Origin: a virus
IMG/VR virus record: IMGVR_UViG_3300008117_000018
Span: 1 to 64,000 of that record
Reading direction: 5' to 3' (one strand)
Length of the DNA stretch: 64,000 nt
Positions 38,874 to 48,116 of the stretch are shown here, piece by piece; the stretch's first letter is position 1; every line of letters begins with the position of its first letter. A program made the position numbers and the translations under genes. The notes under the pieces were generated by a model, which was given only the letters and a program-made list of their open reading frames with translations, ran no database searches and was not told where the DNA came from.

Positions 38874-40409
38874 TTATTTCAATTCTATTTTAAAATATGT
38901 CTCATCAAAGAATCCTAAATCCTCTATTTTATATTTGTTTAATATTGTTTGTACTCTAATTAGAGCATCATAAATTTCACCCATATCGGTTTCTTCTAAG
39001 TCTAAACTAACAAAGATTCTATCATCTTTACCAACAACTTTAACATCAATTCCAAAGACATTCTTTTTTATCTCATTAATCATGCTTTTATGCTTAGCAA
39101 ATAACTCTTCATTATAACCAACTTTTCTTTTAATTGGAAGTTTATTCCAATCAACTTTTACCGAAGCTTCAGCTAATCTTTTAAGGTAAGAAATATTTTG
39201 CATTTCTGTTCCTCTATGTTCATTATAATAACCAACTGATATATTTGTACATTCTGGTATGTCCTCCATTAATGACGCGGAATCTGTATAAACACCAGTT
39301 GGATCTAATGATAAATTTAATCCATTTTTATTATATTCATCACACAAAGCCTGACCAAATTCGTTAGAACAACATTGTCTACCTAATTGATGTGTTATAA
39401 CAGATGTTGTCCTTCTTCTATCAAAAGAAACACAAGCTTTTACATCAGTTAGATAATCACATCTATCATAAATAGATGAAAGAGCATTAGAACCAATACC
39501 ACCTCTCTCTTCACCAATAAAGAAGTAATAAATACCTGGAACATTATTAGCCATCATATATAACATAACAGCAGTACCAGCTTTATCATCAGCGCCTAAT
39601 ATTGAAGAGCCGTCGGTATAGATATGTTCATCACCAGTTCCACTTTTTATCAATCTAAATGAATAACCTTCTTCAACTACTCGACCATTGACTTGAAATA
39701 ATTTTGTCGTTTTTTGTTCTCTATCAGCCGTATCTAAATGACAAGTAAACATTATTGTTGGTTTTTCAGAACCAATTATTTTATAATAATTTCCAACTTG
39801 GTCTCTCTCAAGAGATGGTAAAAATTTTAAAACTTCCTTTTCATGTCTACAATCATCAAAATGTGGATATGTTTTTGTAGTTAATGAAAGAAAAGTTGCT
39901 TTAACATCTTTAGGATTATACGAAAACTCAGGAACCTTTATTCTTTGAGCTGAGGTAATTGATTCATCGCCAATATTATCAGATGTCATATCATTATATT
40001 GATATATGAATGACTTAATTTCATCTTCTGTTAATAATCCTGGCCAATAATATCTGAAAAATTTACCAATCTTCATATCAAATTTTTTACCACCAATAGT
40101 TACTTCAAAACAATAAGGTTTATTAGAAATAGTCACATCAGTTATACCTAAACCATTCTGGTACTTAGAATCAGACTCACCTAACCAAAGCATCTCAAAA
40201 GCAAGATAACTATCATTGTCTTCCATTTTTTTAAGAACTTTCTCTAATTCAGAAGATATTTTTATTCTAGCAGATCTATCAACATTTTTTGATTCATCAA
40301 AGACATCTTCTTTGCTTTTGTAACCACCACTTGGTTTGTAATCTTTAGCCTGGTCAACTACACTTTGTGTACCAGCTTCAAATATTTGACTATATTTTAA
40401 TAAATTCAT
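38874..40409 (-). CDS. M28/M20-like zinc metallohydrolase, paralog with leader and N-terminal extension
   Basis: HLDT, LGADDKAG, GEERG, FDRR, YTDS, GYYNEH; late promoter 40414-40423. Confidence 0.8.
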   Translation of the reverse strand: MNLLKYSQIFEAGTQSVVDQAKDYKPSGGYKSKEDVFDESKNVDRSARIKISSELEKVLKKMEDNDSYLAFEMLWLGESDSKYQNGLGITDVTISNKPYCFEVTIGGKKFDMKIGKFFRYYWPGLLTEDEIKSFIYQYNDMTSDNIGDESITSAQRIKVPEFSYNPKDVKATFLSLTTKTYPHFDDCRHEKEVLKFLPSLERDQVGNYYKIIGSEKPTIMFTCHLDTADREQKTTKLFQVNGRVVEEGYSFRLIKSGTGDEHIYTDGSSILGADDKAGTAVMLYMMANNVPGIYYFFIGEERGGIGSNALSSIYDRCDYLTDVKACVSFDRRRTTSVITHQLGRQCCSNEFGQALCDEYNKNGLNLSLDPTGVYTDSASLMEDIPECTNISVGYYNEHRGTEMQNISYLKRLAEASVKVDWNKLPIKRKVGYNEELFAKHKSMINEIKKNVFGIDVKVVGKDDRIFVSLDLEETDMGEIYDALIRVQTILNKYKIEDLGFFDETYFKIELK

Positions 40410-40425
40410 AATGTATATATTAAAT

Positions 40426-40809
40426 TCAAATTGTTATTTCTTCTGAATTTAGATAATCAACTTTTACTTGACCATCATTCATATTTGGCTCCTTCTTAAC
40501 AAACTTTCTTTGACAATATACAACTTTTACAGATGGCTCTTTAGCAGCTTTGCTATTTTTTTTAGCTAATTCCGCAGCATATTTCAATATCTCAGGTGTT
40601 GGTAAATTTTCTCTGACTCTAATTACAACATGGCTTCCAGGAACGCCTTTGACATGCATCCATATATCTTCATCTTCTGCTGTATTAAAGGTTAAAAAGT
40701 CATTAGATTTAGCGTCTCGACCAACCATTATTAAATAACCATCAACTTCTATTTTTTTGATGTCAGGAAATTTAACTTTTTTTGATTCAAAATATTTTAA
40801 ATATTTCAT
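40426..40809 (-). CDS. NFACT-R (RqcH/FbpA/NEMF RNA-binding) single-domain protein
   Basis: VGRDAKSNDFLT, DIWMHVKGVPGSHVVI, AAELAKKNS, V.Y.QRKFVKK; leader MKYLKYFES. Confidence 0.88.
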   Translation of the reverse strand: MKYLKYFESKKVKFPDIKKIEVDGYLIMVGRDAKSNDFLTFNTAEDEDIWMHVKGVPGSHVVIRVRENLPTPEILKYAAELAKKNSKAAKEPSVKVVYCQRKFVKKEPNMNDGQVKVDYLNSEEITI

Positions 40810-40836
40810 ATACTTATATATTAATTTATATAAAAC

Positions 40837-40865
40837 AAAAAAAGACCCATTAAGGGTCTTTTTTT
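40837..40865 (-). terminator. Intrinsic terminator after capsid gene
   Basis: A7-GACCC-attaa-GGGTC-T7. Confidence 0.85.
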
Positions 40866-40884
40866 GTTAATATTTAAACTATTT

Positions 40885-42609
40885 TTAGTTTAATAATCCA
40901 TAAGAATCAGAAACTTTAATAGTCATAAACTGTTTTTGTGGGAACCAACCAACTTCAGCAACAGCATATCTAGATCTCAACAACATTCTTGGAGCAAAAG
41001 TAGCCTCAGAAATCAAAGAGATTGATTGTGCCATTAAATAAGGTACGAAAATGATACCTGGTTGATCAGGATTGTTCTTTCTACCAAGAACGATTCTGTT
41101 ATCATTATATCTCATATATGGATCAACGTAGATAGAAATATCACCGATTGAACCAACAGGATATAATTGACCTTGTCCGTTTAACTTAGACTTAACTGGG
41201 TTAATAGTGTAACCAGAAATATCAGCTAAAGCAGCAGCAAGACCCCCGTTTGTGATAAGGTATTGAGCTGGACCTACACGACCTTCAGTTGCAATGTAGT
41301 TAGAAGCGTGAGCAATTTTAGTGATAAGTTTTCTTTGTACGGCGTGAGTAGTTTCACCACCAACTGTACTAGTTACATAAGTAGTATCTAAGTCAAAGAT
41401 TGTTTGGCTAGCAATATTAGTTGAGAAAGTTAATCCAGCTAAAGGCGCGCTAGTTCTGTTAAGATCACCCATTTCAAAAATCTTAGCAACGATTTGCTTA
41501 GAAATTGTTTGAGATAATTCATTAACAAGAATAGATTCCATTTTTTGAACGATATCCATACCTGTGTTAGCTTTGATATCTTCAATTTCAGTTCTTCTAA
41601 GAGCTGAAGATACTTCAATAGTACCAACTGCGATAGTTTTAGAAGAGATTTTTGGTCCGATAACTCCAGAATATCTTGAGTCATCTTGATCTCTATCCAT
41701 TGGATATTGTCCAGAGAATTGAGAAGTTGAACCAGAGTTCCAGTTTGCAGAAAAACCAGGGATATGATCTTCTAACGCAGAAACCAATTCGATTGCAGGC
41801 TCACCACCTAAAGCAGTACCACCTAAAGCAATGATTTGAGAAGCCATAGACGTTGTAGAATCAAATGTATTTCTTGTTGTATCAAAAGCCCAAGTTGTAG
41901 CTGCAGAACCAACCGCTGTATGAGACGTGTTGAATTGTCTGTAAGCTCTGAACATTGGATAACCATCAATTCTTGAGAATCCTAAAAATTCAACTTTATT
42001 TTCTTTATCAGATGGCTCTGAAGTAATTGCAGCACCTGTATCGATGTTATTCCAAATTCTACCATTTAAACCACCTGTAGTTTCGCTAATAACTGGAGAA
42101 GAAGCTGCTAACTGAGCTCTAAGACCAGCGATAACTGCTGTTAATTTAGTAGAAGTCAATCCTGCTGTTTTAGGAGCAATTTTGAAAACTTGTGGTCTTT
42201 CATCTTCATTTCCTAAACGAGTATCATCGTATTGGAAGTCGATGTAAAGAAGGTCGATTTTCGGACCTGGAGATGGTTTAACAGCAACAAGGTCAAGACC
42301 GATTGTTTGAGCAGCAATTTTCATAGCTACAGGAAGTAAGTTTTGACCTACATCTCCTGAACCATTTGAACCACCAAAACCAGCCCAATTGTTACCAATT
42401 GTTGAACCAGCTAAAGTTGAAGGTTGTGGAGCAACAACACCACCCATACCAGCAACGTTAGAAGCATTCACATAAGCGTTCTCGTTGATTGAGTGGAACT
42501 CAGCATATTCTGACATCCAATCAATTCTCTCACCAGTAACACCCATGTTCTCAAGAACTGGAGACCATTTCTTGATAGCTTTAGATTTGTCTATTCTAAT
42601 GTGTGACAT
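40885..42609 (-). CDS. Major capsid protein (T4 gp23-like)
   Basis: KKWSPVLE N-terminus, DLVAVKP, IYVDPY, GIIFVPY, TFAPRMLLRSRYA; follows the protease gene. Confidence 0.93.
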   Translation of the reverse strand: MSHIRIDKSKAIKKWSPVLENMGVTGERIDWMSEYAEFHSINENAYVNASNVAGMGGVVAPQPSTLAGSTIGNNWAGFGGSNGSGDVGQNLLPVAMKIAAQTIGLDLVAVKPSPGPKIDLLYIDFQYDDTRLGNEDERPQVFKIAPKTAGLTSTKLTAVIAGLRAQLAASSPVISETTGGLNGRIWNNIDTGAAITSEPSDKENKVEFLGFSRIDGYPMFRAYRQFNTSHTAVGSAATTWAFDTTRNTFDSTTSMASQIIALGGTALGGEPAIELVSALEDHIPGFSANWNSGSTSQFSGQYPMDRDQDDSRYSGVIGPKISSKTIAVGTIEVSSALRRTEIEDIKANTGMDIVQKMESILVNELSQTISKQIVAKIFEMGDLNRTSAPLAGLTFSTNIASQTIFDLDTTYVTSTVGGETTHAVQRKLITKIAHASNYIATEGRVGPAQYLITNGGLAAALADISGYTINPVKSKLNGQGQLYPVGSIGDISIYVDPYMRYNDNRIVLGRKNNPDQPGIIFVPYLMAQSISLISEATFAPRMLLRSRYAVAEVGWFPQKQFMTIKVSDSYGLLN

Positions 42610-42693
42610 AATTTTATTTATTTTTTTTTGTTTTATAATCTATATATTTCCTTTATTTTTCGATTTTTTCGAAGGTGGATTTTTTATAGATTA

Positions 42694-44784
42694 TTATAAA
42701 TTTTTGAATCTTTCTAAGATTGCTTGAGCTTCATTGTCTGAGATTTTATCTTCTTGGATAAGTGCCTCATGTGAAACTAATTTCTTAGTAACTGATTCAT
42801 TCTTTTTGAGATTTCTAGTCAACCAGAAATGCTCAACTTGTGCTTCAGTTTTTAATACATCTTCTGGATAAAGTCTTGCTTGAGAAAGCAATGATTTTTT
42901 AGAAGACTCATTTAACTGATTCCAGACTGGCTTAACGTTTTCAGGCATCAATCTGATAACTCTTTCTTCAAGAGTCTCGTTCTTAGTTGATAATGCTTCT
43001 GCGATCAGACCTAACACATCTTTCTGTGTGAAATAACTTCTTTCGTTTATGTGAAGTTTTACAGTTTCCTGTTCTTCGTCTGATAATGCATAAAAGCTAT
43101 CTACTTGTGACTTGTTTAAGAACTTTAAGAAATTCAAGTCAGTAGTTTCAGAAACTTTACGTTTTTTAGCTTCTTCAATAAGTTTATTAATAGATTCTGA
43201 TAATTCAGTATCGTCTTTTCCTGTTACTTCGTAAGAAGATGGACCACATTCTTCCTCTTCTTCCTCTTTATTATGAACGTGAGTCGCTTCAGCAGCTGGA
43301 ACACCATTCATGTTATATTCTGCTTCTTCATCATCTTCTTTATTCCAAGAATTTTCTTTTTCATCATCTTCAACCATTTCAAAACCAGCAGCGTTTAAAG
43401 AAGGAAATGCACCTTCTGATTCGAATAATTTACCACCATTTAATTTTTCAACGATTAATCCTTGATAAGAAATTGATTTATCTAAGCTTTCAGCGATGTA
43501 TTCAGAGTAAGCAATATTATCATCTAAATGTTCAGCGATGTATTCAGAGTAAGCAATATTACCTTCAACATGCTCTGCTAAATACTCAGAATAAGCAATA
43601 GAATTATCAACATGTTCAGCTATATACTCAGCATAAGCAATGTTTTTATCTAAGTTTTCAGCGATGTATTCAGAGTAAGCAATATTTTTGTCTAAGTTTT
43701 CAGCCAAATATTCAGAGTAAGCAATATTTTTGTCTAAGTTTTCAGCCAAATATTCAGAATAAGAAATGTTTTTGTCTAAGTTTTCAGCGATATATTCAGA
43801 ATAAGAAATATTCTTATCAAGATTCTCAGCTAAATACTCTGAGTACTCAATATTTTTATCTAAATTTTCAGCAACATACTCTGTGTAATTAATAGCCTTT
43901 TCTAAGTTTTCAGCTAAATAATCATTGTGTTTAACTAATTTTTCAGTCGTAGATTTAAGAGATTTGTTCTCATTTACAACAACTTGAATTTTCTCAGCTA
44001 AATAATCTAAGTATTTTACCACTTTAGAATTTGTCTCGTTTAACTCCTCATAATACTCAAGTAGTTGTTCTAATTTTTTAGGACTCATATTTCCTTTAGA
44101 AATTGCATTTTTGACTTCTTTCTTAGTAGAGGCAATCTCATTTACTAAGTATTGTGAATAATCAGTCAACTGTTTTTTTGTTACGAATTCGTTTTTGTTC
44201 ATGTTGAATAATTCATTTATTTTAGACTCGTCGGACATTTCATATATCCTAAAGTTAGATTGTGGATTGTATCCTAAGGACTCATTCAAAACTTTAACAC
44301 TCATTTTTGCAGAAGCAAAACCTGGGTCAGCTACTATATCATATGTGAAAAGTTTTTTCAAAGAAACAGAACCATCAGATTCAGTGATACCAGCTGCTCT
44401 TGATGATACAAATACTGGACAACCATCATCAACCAAAGCCTTTGCCTCTTTACCCCAATAAGTTGATAAAAGTTTAATTTCACCAGATACTAAGTTTTGT
44501 TCTTTAATGTATTGCGCTTTAGTGATTGTGTGAGATGCTCTTGCCAAAGATGTATCAAAAACATCTGGGTGGTCAAATTCACCATAAACAGCACCTAAAC
44601 TATTCATTCTTTCGTTTAATTCATCTAAGGCAGGAAGGAATTTATCTGCAGTATAGATTCTTTCGTTTCTATTCTTAACACCAAATTCCGTGAATGTACC
44701 TCCTAAGATATAATCCTTCTTACTAGAAGAATTTTCTCTAATAAGAGAATTAGTTGAGTTTTCTACTATTAAAACTGGTTTCAT
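42694..44784 (-). CDS. Prohead protease (gp21-like) fused to coiled-coil scaffold
   Basis: NRNERIY, GEFDHP, SHTI, VSSRAAG, TYDIVADPGF; C-terminal repeats. Confidence 0.9.
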   Translation of the reverse strand: MKPVLIVENSTNSLIRENSSSKKDYILGGTFTEFGVKNRNERIYTADKFLPALDELNERMNSLGAVYGEFDHPDVFDTSLARASHTITKAQYIKEQNLVSGEIKLLSTYWGKEAKALVDDGCPVFVSSRAAGITESDGSVSLKKLFTYDIVADPGFASAKMSVKVLNESLGYNPQSNFRIYEMSDESKINELFNMNKNEFVTKKQLTDYSQYLVNEIASTKKEVKNAISKGNMSPKKLEQLLEYYEELNETNSKVVKYLDYLAEKIQVVVNENKSLKSTTEKLVKHNDYLAENLEKAINYTEYVAENLDKNIEYSEYLAENLDKNISYSEYIAENLDKNISYSEYLAENLDKNIAYSEYLAENLDKNIAYSEYIAENLDKNIAYAEYIAEHVDNSIAYSEYLAEHVEGNIAYSEYIAEHLDDNIAYSEYIAESLDKSISYQGLIVEKLNGGKLFESEGAFPSLNAAGFEMVEDDEKENSWNKEDDEEAEYNMNGVPAAEATHVHNKEEEEEECGPSSYEVTGKDDTELSESINKLIEEAKKRKVSETTDLNFLKFLNKSQVDSFYALSDEEQETVKLHINERSYFTQKDVLGLIAEALSTKNETLEERVIRLMPENVKPVWNQLNESSKKSLLSQARLYPEDVLKTEAQVEHFWLTRNLKKNESVTKKLVSHEALIQEDKISDNEAQAILERFKNL
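43480..43925 (-). repeat. About 10 tandem 42-nt (14-aa) repeats AENLDKNIAYSEY(L/I)
   Basis: Visible in both DNA and protein. Confidence 0.9.
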
Positions 44785-44958
44785 TCGCGAATAATTATTT
44801 TTTTCAGTTCAAAGTATATATATGCTTTATAAAACCATACTTTTTAAAAGGTGGATTTTTTACAGAACTTCTAATTCTTTTGACAAACACTACGTTTCAA
44901 AGGACTAAAAAGGAAGAATTAACTTTTTAATAAATAATTAAATTTTTTGCGGTTTTTT

Positions 44959-45360
44959 ATGATTTTGACCAGAGAGATAGTAGTAAAAATAAATGAGGCC
45001 AATTTCTCATACTATGAGAATTTAGGCTATGAGGATATAATAATAGGCGAAGAACTCATGATACCCGTAGAATTATTATCAAAAGGTTCTCATCACAAAA
45101 TAAAGTGCAAATGTGATTCATGTGGTATTGAAAAAGATGTGATATTTAAAAATTATGTAAAGTACGATAATAAATTTGGAGAATATAGTTGTAGAAAATG
45201 CTCCGAAAAGAAAAGAAAAGAAACATTACAAAAAAACTACGGTGTGGATTATCCTATTCAAAATAAAAAAGTTATGAGTAAAATGAAGAAAACACTTGTA
45301 AAAAAATATGGTGTAGACAATATTTCGAAAAGAGAAACTAAACAAAAGAGTTCTAAATAA
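44959..45360 (+). CDS. Zn-ribbon protein resembling the DNA-binding part of homing endonucleases
   Basis: SKGSH.KIKCKCDSCG, CRKC, two K.YGVD repeats; no nuclease domain visible. Confidence 0.6.
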   Translation: MILTREIVVKINEANFSYYENLGYEDIIIGEELMIPVELLSKGSHHKIKCKCDSCGIEKDVIFKNYVKYDNKFGEYSCRKCSEKKRKETLQKNYGVDYPIQNKKVMSKMKKTLVKKYGVDNISKRETKQKSSK

Positions 45361-45370
45361 TAAAACTTCT

Positions 45371-47248
45371 ATGATAAATATAATAGAAGGTGACCGATAT
45401 GAAGGTCAAATAGAGTTTTCGAATAACGGAAATGCAACAACAACAATAGGTGAAAAATTAATATTCATACATAGAAAAAACACAAAAAATTCTTTACACT
45501 TAGATAATGTACGAATAGAAATATTCAAAGGTGAAAAAAAACTTGAAGGAAAAGTTATAGAAGTTATTTCAAGATTCAGAACAGAATTTGTAGGCAGAGT
45601 TCAAATAGGAAAAAAATCAACATTTGTAATTCCAGATAGTGATAAATTATCAGTCGATTTTTATATAAAAGGAGGTTTAGTAGCAAAGGATGGTCAAAAA
45701 GTAATTGTAGAACTTACAAAATGGGAAGATAGCAAATCACCACAGGGAAAAATAACAAAAATATTAGGAGATGCTGGTGATAACAACGCAGAGATGAATT
45801 CAATAATGTATGAATATAATCTACCAGTAGATTTTCCACAAGAAGTACTTAACGAGTCGGAATTAGTTCCAGAAGTTATATTTGATAAAGAAATATCTCT
45901 AAGAAGAGATATGAGAAACATAACTACATTAACAATTGATCCAGTAGATGCTAGAGACTTTGATGACGCTCTTTCAATTAATATAATAAATGAAAATAAT
46001 ATTGAAGTTGGGGTTCATATTGCAGATGTAGGTCATTATGTAAAACCAGGAACTAAATTAGACGATGAGGCATTTAAGAGAGCAACTTCTGTCTATCTTG
46101 TAGATAGATGTGTACCAATGATTCCCGAAAGACTAAGTAATGGAATATGCTCATTAAAACCAAATGAGGACAGATTAGCATTTTCAGTTGTTTTTAATAT
46201 TGACAAAGATGGAAAGATTATCAATGAGTGGCATGGAAAAACTGTCATTCACTCCGATAGAAGATTTACTTATGAAGAAGCTCAAGAAATAATTGAAGGA
46301 CAAGAAGGTGATTTCCAAAATGAAATAAGAGTTCTTAACGGACTAGCTCAAAAAATTAGAAAGAAAAGAATAAGTGATGGCTCCATTGAAATGGGTGGAA
46401 TTGAAGTCAGGTTTAAGTTAGCAGATGATAATAAAAAACCGATTGGTGTCTATTTCAAAGAACAAAAAGAAGCTAACAAACTTATTGAAGAATTTATGCT
46501 ACTTGCAAACAAGTCAGTAGCTAAGATACTTTCTAATAATCAATGGTTTAATGTCTATAGAATACACGATACACCAAATATGGAAAAACTTCAACAACTT
46601 GTAGGAGTTTGTCAAAATTTTGGACACGATGTTGCAATAGAAGGCGAGGGTGATGAGTTAAAAAAATCCATAAACAAATTACTAAAAGAAATAAAAGGAA
46701 CTCCTGAAGAAAACATGATTGAAACTTTAGTAACAAGATGTATGTCTAAAGCAAAATACACAATAAAAAACATTGGACACTACGGATTAGGTTTCACACA
46801 TTACTCACACTTTACCTCACCAATTAGGAGATATCCAGACTTAATAACACATAGAATTCTTTTTGATTTTTTAAATAAAGGAAAACAAGGAAATCCTAAT
46901 AAAATTGAAGAACAAGCCAGTTGGTGTTCAAGTAGAGAGCTAATTGCGGCAAAAGCTCAACGAGATTCAATTAAGTATAAACAAGCAGAATTCTTACAAG
47001 ATAAAATTGGTCAAGTTTTTGATGGAATAGTATCAGGAGTCACTGATTGGGGTATCTATGTAGAGCTTATAGATTCTAAATGCGAAGGAATGATTCGATA
47101 TAATAGTATTGGTAAAGTAAAAGTAGATTTAGACCACTATACCATCACTGATGAAATGGGAAATAAAATCAGACTAGGAGATCCTTTAAAAGTTATTGTT
47201 TCATCAGTTGATTTAGAAAAGAAACAAATTGATTTTAAATTATTCTGA
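45371..47248 (+). CDS. rnr: Ribonuclease R
   Basis: TIDP.DARDFDDALS, HIADV, RATSVYL, LIEEFMLLAN, HFTSPIRRYPD, C-terminal S1. Confidence 0.95.
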   Translation: MINIIEGDRYEGQIEFSNNGNATTTIGEKLIFIHRKNTKNSLHLDNVRIEIFKGEKKLEGKVIEVISRFRTEFVGRVQIGKKSTFVIPDSDKLSVDFYIKGGLVAKDGQKVIVELTKWEDSKSPQGKITKILGDAGDNNAEMNSIMYEYNLPVDFPQEVLNESELVPEVIFDKEISLRRDMRNITTLTIDPVDARDFDDALSINIINENNIEVGVHIADVGHYVKPGTKLDDEAFKRATSVYLVDRCVPMIPERLSNGICSLKPNEDRLAFSVVFNIDKDGKIINEWHGKTVIHSDRRFTYEEAQEIIEGQEGDFQNEIRVLNGLAQKIRKKRISDGSIEMGGIEVRFKLADDNKKPIGVYFKEQKEANKLIEEFMLLANKSVAKILSNNQWFNVYRIHDTPNMEKLQQLVGVCQNFGHDVAIEGEGDELKKSINKLLKEIKGTPEENMIETLVTRCMSKAKYTIKNIGHYGLGFTHYSHFTSPIRRYPDLITHRILFDFLNKGKQGNPNKIEEQASWCSSRELIAAKAQRDSIKYKQAEFLQDKIGQVFDGIVSGVTDWGIYVELIDSKCEGMIRYNSIGKVKVDLDHYTITDEMGNKIRLGDPLKVIVSSVDLEKKQIDFKLF

Positions 47249-47685
47249 TGACAAAAGAGTTTAGTGTTGAGTTAGATAATAATAAAATAACTGATTATGA
47301 ACATTTATTATCGAGATTTTCAAATTGGAAAAAATACAAAAGAGAAATAAATCTCAACCAATTATTAGAGAAAGGAAAAAAAATTCAATTTGATATAGAA
47401 ATCAAAAATAATCCAATGGTCTTTTATATCTCAGTAAGTGACCAAGAATATACATACACAACATCACTAACAAATGCATGTTCATCTTTGAAAAAATTAA
47501 CTTTTATAATTTTAGAAAATGAAATTTTGAAACTAGAAGCTGAATTAATTTTATTAAACACACGATGGGGTAAAGTAATTAAAAACTTAGTAGAGTCCGG
47601 CTTAGAATTAAAACTTAATCAACATATAAATATAGAAGGACAAATAGATAACTTTTATTTTGAATTACCAAAACAAGCAGCATGA
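47248..47685 (+). CDS. Hypothetical protein
   Basis: ORF. Confidence 0.65.
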   Translation: MTKEFSVELDNNKITDYEHLLSRFSNWKKYKREINLNQLLEKGKKIQFDIEIKNNPMVFYISVSDQEYTYTTSLTNACSSLKKLTFIILENEILKLEAELILLNTRWGKVIKNLVESGLELKLNQHINIEGQIDNFYFELPKQAA

Positions 47686-48116
47686 GGTTTTATAAGATAA
47701 CAACCACTAAACACCAAAGAGAGATTGATGAAATAATTATGTCTATGTCATCAACAGAGGTAGATTATGTATCAACATTATACAACAAGATATCAATGGT
47801 TGAGTTTACCGATGAAAAAGAATACGAATGTATGTTTGCCATTCTAGACAAATATCTATTAAATAAGATATCTGAACTATATCTAAAATACTCTATCGAT
47901 CATAAAATATTTGATTTGACAAAGGATATTATTTTTGATAATAATTTAAAATTATCATATAAAAACTATAGAAATCAACCAGTTAAGAATGAAGTTCTAA
48001 AACTTATTAAATTGTTCAAAAAAGACTGGACTACAAAAGATGATGTTTTGGATAAAATACTAGAAAAAGGAATCAATTCATTATCAGATTTTGATTTAGA
48101 AATTCTGAACTCTTAG
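47682..48116 (+). CDS. Hypothetical protein
   Basis: C-terminal DDVLDKILEKGINSLS motif. Confidence 0.7.
   Translation: MRFYKITTTKHQREIDEIIMSMSSTEVDYVSTLYNKISMVEFTDEKEYECMFAILDKYLLNKISELYLKYSIDHKIFDLTKDIIFDNNLKLSYKNYRNQPVKNEVLKLIKLFKKDWTTKDDVLDKILEKGINSLSDFDLEILNS

Noticed and set aside
43480-43925. 42-nt repeats as a CRISPR array
   Set aside because: No unique spacers; in-frame coding repeats with synonymous variation
44947-45360. Active homing endonuclease or mobile element
   Set aside because: Only Zn-ribbon and repeat parts are present; no HNH, GIY-YIG or PD-(D/E)xK motif
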